64,000 nt of DNA from Waterburya sp. (GTDB lineage Bacteria > Cyanobacteriota > Cyanobacteriia > Cyanobacteriales > Xenococcaceae), in assembly GCA_965217895.1 (NCBI GenBank), contig CBDCJV010000002.1, positions 3,872,001-3,936,000 on the forward strand. Direction: 5' to 3'. Made by a program: the position numbers and the translations under genes. Numbering within the stretch: position 1 is the stretch's first letter; each line of letters starts with the position of its first letter. Below are positions 1-9,400 of the stretch, piece after piece. Below the pieces are notes generated by a model. It was given only the letters and a program-made list of their open reading frames with translations. It was not told where the DNA came from and made no database searches.

Positions 1-511
1 TCGCGCCCTAGAATTGGCAGAAAAATATCACCTTAAGATTGTTTTGGATGTTAATTGGCGACCGATGTTTTGGCTAGATGAACAAGAGGCACTACCCTTA
101 ATCAAAGAACTGTGGCAATATGTAGATTTTCTCAAGCTAGCCGAGGAAGAGGCACAGTGGTTATTTGACACGGCTGATGCAGGGGCAATTTCTGCTCGTC
201 TTGACTCTGTTGAAGGGGTTTTAGTCAGCAATGGTGATGCTAAGGTTAGCTACTGTATCAGTGACAATGAAGGGACTGTAAAACCGATTAAGGTATCAGT
301 AAAGGATACTACTGGGGCAGGAGATGCTTTTTTGGCAGGCTTGGTTCATCAATTGTGTTTGCAAGGTATGCAAAGGCTGAATAGCCCCAAGGTTGCTCAA
401 AAAATTGTCCGCTATGCTTGTGCCGTTGGGGGCTTAACTACTACCAAATCTGGTGCGATCGCTGCCCAACCCACTGCCCAAGAAGTAGAAGCTTTTCTAC
501 AAAAAATCTAG
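1..511 (+). CDS. PfkB-family carbohydrate kinase (fructokinase-like), 5'-truncated by window edge
   Basis: DVNWRP motif and C-terminal PfkB signature DTTGAGDAF; frame open from window start. Confidence 0.85.
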   Translation, partial: RALELAEKYHLKIVLDVNWRPMFWLDEQEALPLIKELWQYVDFLKLAEEEAQWLFDTADAGAISARLDSVEGVLVSNGDAKVSYCISDNEGTVKPIKVSVKDTTGAGDAFLAGLVHQLCLQGMQRLNSPKVAQKIVRYACAVGGLTTTKSGAIAAQPTAQEVEAFLQKI

Positions 512-589
512 CCTAGTCAACAGCTATCGAAGCCGTTTTTGAGCAAACAAAGGACTTGTCCGCATATAGCCCCTAAAGGGTTCAGCATC

Positions 590-889
590 GGAAAGCATTC
601 CCTTGCGCCTGACGGCGACGCGGAGTTTTTCCTCAGTTTGCTTATGCCGGAAAACCCTTTCGACACTTTGCTCGCCCTCGACAACCAAGGGGTACTCCCC
701 GCAGGTACCTCAACTGGGGGAACCCCCTCAACGGTTTTGCGAAGCAGCGCGGTCTTGGGGGTTTCCCCCATGAGCGACTGCTGAGGGTGTCTCGCAACGG
801 GTTATAGACCCGCAACGTAAGTGTCTCACCACCGCAACTGCTTCACCGCGTCGCCTCTACTGCGCGCCCTCGACAGTCGCTTTAATGGG
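590..889. repeat. Cluster of GC-rich cyanobacterial short dispersed/palindromic repeats
   Basis: GC-rich intergenic block in an AT-rich genome; GGGGGAACCCCC and GGGGGTTTCCCCCA palindromes, repeated CGCCCTCGACA; overlapping ORFs look non-coding. Confidence 0.6.
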
Positions 890-1747
890 TCACAGACCAT
901 GGGGCTTAATATTTGCTTGATTTAACCAAGTCTCTAAATTATCCATTGCTTGAAAATCGAGTAATGCTTCCCCCAAATTTTCCAACTGTTCTGAGGATAA
1001 ATTATTAAGGCGATCGCGTAACTCTTGAGACAATTCACCTACTTTTCGAGTTAATAAACGCAGGACGAGTGATCTCTCTCCTTCTTGTCTTCCCTCGTGT
1101 CTTCCCTCCTGTCTTCCCTCTCTGAGAATTTCCTGATAGATTACTGACTCGCGCATAACTCCCTCCTGAAACAGCCGTTGTACCAGATCTTTATTATATT
1201 TTAATCCCGCTATAATTTGAGTATAAGTTGATATTTCCGCTTTTTTGGCAACCTCTAATTGGTCAATTCGCTCAACAACTCTTTGTAATAATTCTTGAGG
1301 CTGGGTTGCAGCAGCTAATGGTGCCAAAGGTAATAAGGCTGAATCATTAAGAAACAAGTCGGGATTTTCTTCCCAAAGTCGAATTACCCGATATTCGTGA
1401 CGAGTAGTTTCAACAGCAAAAGCCGTTTCGATGACGATTTCTGAGGATGGAGGAAGCAATAAGACTGCAACTTGAGTAATAGGTAAGCGATACAATCGAT
1501 ACAAACGCACCCAATAATCAAGCATTCGCAAAGGTAATGGTGGCGTTGATTGGAGTCGGGTTTGGAATTCTAGGTGTAAAATACGCTCCTCTAGCTGCAA
1601 GAAGGTAACGTAATCAGCGCGTACAGGTTCAATACTCAGTTCAGTTTTAAGAACTTCGACGTTTGTTTGGGGGGTTCCTAAAACCCAGCTAGCGAAATTA
1701 GCAGGATATTTTTCCGATAGCAGCTTGCAGAGATTGTCAAAAGACAT
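890..1747 (-). CDS. Rpn-family PD-(D/E)XK protein (recombination-promoting nuclease/putative transposase) with DUF4351-like C-terminus
   Basis: RADYV...ILHLEFQT...PLRMLDY nuclease motifs; EGRQEG repeats; C-terminal LENLGEALLDF...LETWL. Confidence 0.85.
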   Translation of the reverse strand: MSFDNLCKLLSEKYPANFASWVLGTPQTNVEVLKTELSIEPVRADYVTFLQLEERILHLEFQTRLQSTPPLPLRMLDYWVRLYRLYRLPITQVAVLLLPPSSEIVIETAFAVETTRHEYRVIRLWEENPDLFLNDSALLPLAPLAAATQPQELLQRVVERIDQLEVAKKAEISTYTQIIAGLKYNKDLVQRLFQEGVMRESVIYQEILREGRQEGRHEGRQEGERSLVLRLLTRKVGELSQELRDRLNNLSSEQLENLGEALLDFQAMDNLETWLNQANIKPHGL

Positions 1748-1916
1748 TAAGAGTAGACAAAAATTAAGTTAAGTACAATTATTATCTCTTGCTGTTGGCT
1801 GAATAAGGCGATTACTCAAGCTGTAGCCGACTGATTCGACTTACTGAAACTCGATTTTTGAAGGCGATCGCATTTGGTTTCAGAGTTTAAAATAAAAAGA
1901 TATTTTCTATCTCGCG

Positions 1917-2906
1917 CTATAATCTTGTCGGTGCTGCTACGTGTAGTTTTTCGACTAATATTCTTTGTAGCCAATACTGCGCTAAAGCAATCAATCCCAG
2001 GCGAGCGATCGCTTTTTGCGGAATTTCCCGCTTTACCAATCCTAAAAAACGACACTCTATTAGAAAAACTTCGACTGTTTTAGCCAGATTGAAAGCTAAT
2101 TTAATCCAATCGTTTGCTTTTGCTTCAAAAGCATCGCTCACCATTAGCAACTGACGCAACAGGCTATATTCTGCTTCCTGATTGAACCATAAGTTTTGCT
2201 TTTCATCTAACCAAGGTATATCTAACTGCCAACCTACATGGCTCAAATTTTCGTCTTTGAGCACAATTAATCTTTCTCTTGTTCCTAATCTTAATAAAGA
2301 GCAACAGCGAGCATGAACATACTGTATTGAAAACAAATCTGCCGTAGTTTGCTCTAACTGATGGTCTTTTGGACTAATTAGCGAAAAATCTTTATTTATC
2401 TGCTCATTATTCAACAAAACCAATGATTCCTCTAGCCAACTAGCTAAACCTTGGTCTAGGTAAAAATTAATCCAACCAGAGTTAATTATTTCCACTTTTA
2501 ACTTCAAGCAGGATTTTGACACAAAATTATTTTGCTCAAAAATCAATAAATTCAACAAGTGTTCGGCAATTATTTGTGCAGGAAGTAAAAAGTAAGGAGC
2601 TAAGACAAAAGCAATAGAACAGCTATATACAATTGACGTTGGTTGTGGTTTTGAGAAAAATTGATCTCCCTGGCTTTTTGATAATAATTTCCTATGGGTA
2701 GGTTGGAAAAGAACAATTTTGCGCTCAAGGATGGTAGAAATAAATTTGAGATCGAGCTGTACTTTTGTTTGTTGCTGATATAAATCAAGAATTTGCAGTA
2801 GTTCTTGTTTTAATAACTTTTTGATTGAAATAGAAGTTTTTTCTTTTGTAAATCGAAGTTTAAAAAACTTATGTGAAAAAGTGTTTTTTGATACATTACT
2901 ATCCAT
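1917..2906 (-). CDS. DALR anticodon-binding-domain protein (ArgRS-like, non-catalytic)
   Basis: GWINFYL, IQYVHARCCSLLR and ARLGLI...APTRL motifs of the ArgRS N-terminal and DALR domains; no HIGH/KMSKS. Confidence 0.75.
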   Translation of the reverse strand: MDSNVSKNTFSHKFFKLRFTKEKTSISIKKLLKQELLQILDLYQQQTKVQLDLKFISTILERKIVLFQPTHRKLLSKSQGDQFFSKPQPTSIVYSCSIAFVLAPYFLLPAQIIAEHLLNLLIFEQNNFVSKSCLKLKVEIINSGWINFYLDQGLASWLEESLVLLNNEQINKDFSLISPKDHQLEQTTADLFSIQYVHARCCSLLRLGTRERLIVLKDENLSHVGWQLDIPWLDEKQNLWFNQEAEYSLLRQLLMVSDAFEAKANDWIKLAFNLAKTVEVFLIECRFLGLVKREIPQKAIARLGLIALAQYWLQRILVEKLHVAAPTRL

Positions 2907-2949
2907 GTAAAATCAAATATGCCTTAAATGTTCTACTTTGACTCCCACT

Positions 2950-3651
2950 ATGGAATTTTCTGAACACTCGTCCGAGAAATCTTGTTCAAGTTTAGCTTGG
3001 CAAAATGTTGTTGACTGGGCGCAAACCCATTATCGCGATCGCATTTTTCGTAAAGACGAACAAATTCCTACCCGTCCACAATTAATTTACTTAGTTAACA
3101 AAGGTGCAGTACGTTTAATTAGTGAAATTCAAACTCAGCAGCATGAGAACAACTTGACTATAGGAGCATTAAAAACCAATTCTGAAGACTCAGAAGAAAC
3201 TTTTTTGGGTTTTGTTGGCGCGAAGAAACCCTTTGAAATTCTAACTCAATCTTCTTTTAAAGTTCATGCCTATGCTCATGTCGATCAGACTCAGGTTGCT
3301 TGGCTATATTGGCAAGATTTAGACAATTGGTCTGATTTTCGCCAAGAAATATACGAAGCTTTTCGCTATCAACATCAACGTAAGCTACTGTGGCTTAGTG
3401 CTTTGGGTCAAAGAAGAACCATAGATCGCCTAACTAGTTTTTTAACTTTGTTAGCAGAAGAATATGGTCATGGCAACGAGCAAAGCTACTGTTTACCTTA
3501 TACTCTCACCCATGCTCAAATCGGTAGTGCGATCGGCTCTACAAGGGTCACCGTAACTAGATTGATGGGTAAGTTACGTCGGCAAGGAATAATTTCAATC
3601 AAAAATGATAATTCTATTTGCGTCAATATTTTTAAAGTTCTAGAAAAATAG
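2950..3651 (+). CDS. Crp/Fnr-family transcriptional regulator (CysR-like)
   Basis: C-terminal HTH LTHAQIGSAIGSTRVTVTRLMGKL; ATG at 2950 preferred over TTG at 2938. Confidence 0.85.
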   Translation: MEFSEHSSEKSCSSLAWQNVVDWAQTHYRDRIFRKDEQIPTRPQLIYLVNKGAVRLISEIQTQQHENNLTIGALKTNSEDSEETFLGFVGAKKPFEILTQSSFKVHAYAHVDQTQVAWLYWQDLDNWSDFRQEIYEAFRYQHQRKLLWLSALGQRRTIDRLTSFLTLLAEEYGHGNEQSYCLPYTLTHAQIGSAIGSTRVTVTRLMGKLRRQGIISIKNDNSICVNIFKVLEK

Positions 3652-3957
3652 TTTGACTTGAACGATATAAATTTTCCCTAATATTTCGTAATTTTTTATT
3701 CATAAAATTTATCAAAAAATAGACCAAATAATGACCCGATTAGAAGAAACTAATAAATTAAATTAGTGTAGATGTAAAAAATATCTTAAGATTGACAAGT
3801 AAGAAGTTTAACCGCAAAATGCGGTCAGCGCAGCCAAAGCCGTTTTACCCAATTAAATTAATTCTGTTAAGCGGAATAACTAGGGCAAGCGTCGGTGTAT
3901 CGCTGACTTTCTTAAAAACTTAATATTTGACACAGATATAAATTTAGGAGAATATAT

Positions 3958-5037
3958 ATGGCGCTCGTACCCATGCGTTTGCTTTTAGAACACGCGGCTG
4001 AGAATGGTTATGGTATTCCTGCATACAACGTTAATAACATGGAGCAAATCATCTCCATTATGGAAGCTGCTAACGAAGCTGATAGCCCTGTAATTTTACA
4101 GGCTTCTCGTGGCGCTCGCAAATATGCTGGAGAAAATTTTCTACGCCACTTAGTATTAGCAGCAGCCGAAAGCTATCCTCATCTTCCTATCGCTATGCAC
4201 CAAGATCACGGAAATAGCCCCGCGACTTGCTATTCTGCGATTCGCAATGGTTTTACTAGCGTCATGATGGATGGCTCTTTAGAAGCAGATGCCAAAACTC
4301 CTGCTAGTTTTGAATACAATGTCAATGTAACAGCAGAAGTAGTCAAAGTGGCTCACGCTGTAGGTGCTAGTGTTGAAGGCGAACTTGGTTGTTTAGGTTC
4401 ATTGGAAACTGGTAAAGGCGAAGCAGAAGACGGACATGGTTTTGAAGGTGCATTGAGTAAAGAACAGCTATTAACCGATCCTGATGAAGCTGTTGAATTC
4501 GTTGAACGCACTCAGGTAGATGCTTTGGCTGTTGCCATTGGTACTAGCCATGGTGCTTATAAGTTTACTCGCAAGCCTACTGGCGAAATTCTGGCTATTA
4601 GCAGAATTGAAGAAATTCACCGTCGTCTACCTAACGTTCATATAGTAATGCACGGTTCTTCTTCCGTACCTCAAGAGTGGATCGACATTATCAATGCCAA
4701 CGGTGGTAATATTCCTGAAACCTATGGTGTACCCGTAGAAGAAATTCAAAAAGGTATCAAGAGTGGTGTACGCAAAGTAAACATCGATACGGATAATCGT
4801 TTAGCAATTACTGCTGCTATTCGTGAAGCAGCTTTTAAAGATCCTGCCAACTTTGACCCCCGCCACTTCCTCAAGCCTTCTATTGCCTACATGAAAACTG
4901 TATGCCTCAGACGCTATGAAGCTTTTGGTACTGCTGGTAACGCTAGTAAAATTAAGCAGGTTTCTCTTGAAGATTACGCTGCTAAATACGCTAAAGGCGA
5001 ATTGTCTAGCAGTAATAAAAAAGCTGTTTCCGTTTAG
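3958..5037 (+). CDS. fbaA: Class II fructose-bisphosphate aldolase
   Basis: [39 protein letters not shown] motifs; AGGAG Shine-Dalgarno. Confidence 0.97.
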   Translation: MALVPMRLLLEHAAENGYGIPAYNVNNMEQIISIMEAANEADSPVILQASRGARKYAGENFLRHLVLAAAESYPHLPIAMHQDHGNSPATCYSAIRNGFTSVMMDGSLEADAKTPASFEYNVNVTAEVVKVAHAVGASVEGELGCLGSLETGKGEAEDGHGFEGALSKEQLLTDPDEAVEFVERTQVDALAVAIGTSHGAYKFTRKPTGEILAISRIEEIHRRLPNVHIVMHGSSSVPQEWIDIINANGGNIPETYGVPVEEIQKGIKSGVRKVNIDTDNRLAITAAIREAAFKDPANFDPRHFLKPSIAYMKTVCLRRYEAFGTAGNASKIKQVSLEDYAAKYAKGELSSSNKKAVSV

Positions 5038-5082
5038 ATTTAGAGTTAGACGAATAGATAATCTAAATTTAATTTGAAGCAG

Positions 5083-5116
5083 AATGAGTAGCTATAAATA
5101 GCTACTCATTTTTTTT
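5083..5116 (+). terminator. Intrinsic terminator after fbaA
   Basis: AATGAGTAGCTAT / ATAGCTACTCATT inverted repeat followed by a T run. Confidence 0.8.
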
Positions 5117-5305
5117 GTTTAGACATAAATAGTCTATGGTTGTTTATTTTTACCTTTTATACCAAATTAAATGGTATTTACTACAGATAGATCGTAAAGG
5201 CGAATGACCCTTCGGGTAAGGTAGAGCGGTCTTACACAAAGAAAATTATTTCATCCAACTTCCTTATAATCATCTGATGGTAAAAAAATAAGTGATCGGA
5301 CAAAC

Positions 5306-5671
5306 TTAAACCCAAACATCATTTTTAGCTGTAAGCTCACCACCAGTATCACCCGTATTTATTACTCCACTAGGCTCAACAACCATTATTTTGCATTCAT
5401 CTTCTGCAAATGGTTTGTGTTCTTTTCCCTTGGGAACAATGAACATTTCACCTGATGATAGAGTCACTTTACCGTCTCTAAACTCAATGCCTAAATTACC
5501 TTCAATGACGATAAATACCTCATCTGTATCAGGATGATTGTGCCAAACAAATTCACCTTTGACTTTGACTAGCTTAAACTGATATTCGTTCATTTCAGCA
5601 ACAACTTTAGGCGACCAATGCTCAGTAAACCTCGATAGCTTTTCATTGAAATTAATGGAATTATAATTCAT
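5306..5671 (-). CDS. Cupin-domain protein
   Basis: [15 protein letters not shown]...[14 protein letters not shown] cupin motifs. Confidence 0.9.
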   Translation of the reverse strand: MNYNSINFNEKLSRFTEHWSPKVVAEMNEYQFKLVKVKGEFVWHNHPDTDEVFIVIEGNLGIEFRDGKVTLSSGEMFIVPKGKEHKPFAEDECKIMVVEPSGVINTGDTGGELTAKNDVWV

Positions 5672-5708
5672 GTGTATGATTTTCCATGCGTTTGGAATTT
5701 ACTTGCTT

Positions 5709-6131
5709 TTAAGCCGTTGCTGCTGCTTCTTTTTTTGCCGATCTTTGTGTTCCTAGCTGAATCAATTCAATTTTGTAGCCGTCGGGATCTTCAACAAAGG
5801 CAATTACGGTGCTACCGTGTTTCATTGGCCCTGGTTCTCGGCTAACTTTACCGCCTTGAGCTTTAATGCGATCGCAAGTACCATATATATCATCCACGCC
5901 TAAAGCTATGTGTCCATAGCCCTTGCCCAGGTCATATTCTTCTACGCCCCAGTTATAGGTAAGTTCAATGACGGCGTTGTCTTTTTCTTCGCCATAGCCT
6001 ACAAACGCTAGAGTAAATTCTCCTCCTGGGTAGTCTTTACGTCGCAAAAGCTTCATGCCCAGAATATCGCAATAAAACTTAATAGATTTGTCTAAATCTC
6101 CTACCCTGAGCATTGTGTGTAGCATACGCAT
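5709..6131 (-). CDS. gloA: Lactoylglutathione lyase (glyoxalase I)
   Basis: [37 protein letters not shown]. Confidence 0.96.
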   Translation of the reverse strand: MRMLHTMLRVGDLDKSIKFYCDILGMKLLRRKDYPGGEFTLAFVGYGEEKDNAVIELTYNWGVEEYDLGKGYGHIALGVDDIYGTCDRIKAQGGKVSREPGPMKHGSTVIAFVEDPDGYKIELIQLGTQRSAKKEAAATA

Positions 6132-6268
6132 ATTTTTAATTCTCCTTTTTAATTAAGTAAGCTATTTATTTACATTGCTCGTGGAACAATAGTTCAGTCC
6201 ACGTAATATAAAACTATCTAAAATTTGGCGATCGTGGCAAAAATCTTTCTATAGGAGGAAGTGAATAT

Positions 6269-6372
6269 CTATAGCCGTACAAAATTAGATTAGGACATAA
6301 AAACTATCGGTTCGTAAGTAGCAAGTAGCAAGTAGCAATTAAATAAATTGTCCTAACGTTTATTACGCTATA
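6269..6372. repeat. MITE-like element with imperfect terminal inverted repeats and internal heptamer repeats
   Basis: ATAGC..GTA..TTAGGACA at left and TGTCCTAA..TACGCTAT at right; internal (AAGTAGC)x3. Confidence 0.55.
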
Positions 6373-6454
6373 TCAATAAAATTATTTTATTGTTCTTCTT
6401 GTTACTTATTTGTATTTCTGGTGTCGTAGCTATACCAGCATTTAAAATTAAAGA

Positions 6455-9400
6455 ATGACTAAATCTATTAACCAACCCCCTAATCCTGAACCCGAAAAGC
6501 CAAATCCTGTGAAGCGATTAATAAGTAAATTAAAATCATCCCCAAAAACAGTAGCAACAGGGGCAGTTGCGATCGCAGCTTTGGGTAGTTTAGGCTATTG
6601 GGGGACGCAGGTGTTAGTTAAAAAGAAATTACCGCCGTTTTTAGAGAGTCAAATTGGTAAGTTTATTCAACGCCCCATTGACTTAGGTGAAGTTAAGGGT
6701 TTTTCTTTGGGTGGAATTGAATTTGGTAAGACGGTTATTCCTGCTACTGCTAGCGATCCTGACAAAGTAGAAGTAGACGGGGTTAAGGTGGGATTTAATA
6801 TCTTTCCTGTTTTATTTCGCCGTACCTTGCCTATCGACGTGGCTTTAATTCACCCTAATATTTATTTGGAACAAGAAAAGGATGGGCAATGGATTAATCT
6901 AGATTTTCTCAAAAATGATAAGAAGAAAAAAGAGCCGTTAGTATATTTTGATGTCGATCTAGATGTTGATCAAGCCGACATTACCGCCGTACCTTATGAG
7001 CAAAATCCTCTTAAGGCGGAGGTAGACGGTACAGGTAGATTTAATCAAAAGCAAGAATTTCTTTCCTATGATTTAGATGCAGGAATAGAAAAGGCAAAAG
7101 CGACTATACAAGGGGAAACAAAGTTAAAAACTCTCACAACCGATACAAAGCTGCTGGTTAAAGATTTGGCTTTAGCTGATGTCGCTACTTTATTGCCTAA
7201 TTCCCCTGTGAAACTTAACAGTGGTTTACTTAATGCCAACTTAGATATTAATATTCCTTCCTGGAAAGAGATTAATACTGCCAACATCAAGGGAATGGTT
7301 AATCTGCAAAATGTGGCAGGGAAAGCTACGAATTTAAATGCCCCTGTTTCAGCAGAATCTGAACTAAACTTTAGCGGACGTAATGCCGATGTTAAGCAAA
7401 CTCAGGCTAGTCTGGGTGATATTACTGCCCAGGTAGGAGGAAAGGTTAACTTAGATAGTGGCTATAACTTGAACCTAAATGTCTTGCCGTTTCAGTTAGC
7501 TAGTATACCTAATAATCTTATTAAACAAGTACCCGTCGATTTGGCAGGAGAAGTAGAGGCACAGCTTAAAGTGCGGGGTGCGATTAAAGATCCTCAACTG
7601 AGGGGAAATATTAATAATACTCAACCTGTAAGGATAGATAAAACTTCCTTTAAACAAATAAATGCTGACTTCCAGGCTAATCTAGATAAGGTTGTTCTAA
7701 ACAATGTACAGATAAATCCTGTGGCGGGAGGGAACGTTACCGCTAAAGGCACGATTGAAACAAATCTAAGGCAGGCTTTAGAGAATAAGAAGGCTATAGA
7801 TGCAGTTAAAATGCCTCTGGATTTTACTTTTCAGGCAGATTTACCCACTCAAAAACTAGTTACACCCTATTACCAATTTCCTCAACAGGTTGCTGTAGGT
7901 AATCTTAAGGCAAAAGGGCAGGTAAACGGCACGGTAAATAATCCCAATGCTCTAGTTAACTGGAGTATACCCCAAGCCAGTGCTAATAATTTAGAGGATA
8001 TTGCAGGATCGGGAGAACTAGCTTTTGCTGACAATAAATTATCTCTGCGGGATACGGAAATTACTTATGGTGATGGTAAAGCGGATGTAGAAGCGGACGC
8101 TAATTTAGATAATAAGCAGTGGCAAGCCAATTTAGATGCCAACTCTCTGAATTTAACGCCTTTTCTGGCACAGGTTAAGAACCCTAACCTGAACTTAAAT
8201 CGTCCTGTGGCGGTTAATACTGCCAAAGCTAATCTTAATGGTAGATTAGATCGGCTTGATGTAGAAAAGATTAACGGTACTGCTGACTTGAACTTAAATG
8301 TTGACGGTGGCGATGTTGTGGTCAATAGTCAGCTAAATTCGGGTAACGTCAAAGCAAAAGCAGTTACTAATAATATCCAGCTAGATCGTTTTGTGACTAG
8401 TTTACCCGTTGCTGCCTCTTTGCAATCAGGGACAGTAAATGCCTCTGGTAAATTGAAACAGCTACTGGCATTTAAAGATAACCCTAGTTTAAATAGTGTT
8501 AAAGCCGATGCGGATCTAAATTTAAGTGTTGATGGTGAAGCGGTAGCGGTTAATAGTCAAATAGATTCAGGTAGAGTTCAGGCAAATGCTAACACCAGCC
8601 AGATCGACTTAAACCGTATTGTGCCTAATTTACCAGTTCCCGCCAACATTCGATCTAGTCAGGTGAGGGCTTCTGGAGAACTAAAACAGCTATTAACCTT
8701 TGCCAAAAATCCCGACTTAAGTACTGTTGATGCCCGTGTCGATGCGGATTTAGGGGTGGCAGATGGTACGGTAAAAGCGATCGCCAGTCTTCAAAACAAT
8801 CAGTGGCAGGCAAACGTCAACGCGACAAACGTTAATTCTCAATTACTGATAAATGAATTTGCCCCCGATAAGTTTGCTTCAGTAAAACTAGATAACCTAA
8901 ATGCCCAGGCGGATTTGTCAGGAGATATTAAGCCTGTACTAAATAAAAATATTAATGTTCCTGTGGCAATAAACAACTTTACCGCTAATTCTGGCGCGCA
9001 AAATATTGATGCTAAGGGTAATTTAACTCTCTCAAACGTTACCAGTAATTTAGACATTGCCAAGACTAACCTTGATGTTGTAGCTAACCTTGACTTTGAC
9101 CAGTTACCTATCGATCGGGTAATTGCTGCTGCTAGCCAAGATGATCGGTTGATTGCTGAAAACGTCAATATTGCGGGAAAAGCCACTTTTAACGGACAAT
9201 TTCAAGGTAAACAGCTAATTTCTGCCCCTAGCGATCCAGGCAATATTAATTTAACAGGAGATTTACAGTTACAGAATTTCGCCTTTAACGATATTGCCTT
9301 CGATCCTGTCATGGCGGGTACAGTTAATGTTCAGACAGGCAAGGAAATTGCTCTTAATCTTAAAGGAGAACAGGATGTAATTGCTGCTAATGCTGTTCCC

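Noticed and set aside
517..784. Overlapping 84-aa and 81-aa ORFs
   Set aside because: Products of GC-rich repeat DNA; no protein-like motifs
6315..6337. Heptamer tandem repeats (also ~31596-31614) as CRISPR-like arrays
   Set aside because: No spacers and no cas genes; ordinary cyanobacterial short tandem repeats. No CRISPR array seen in the window
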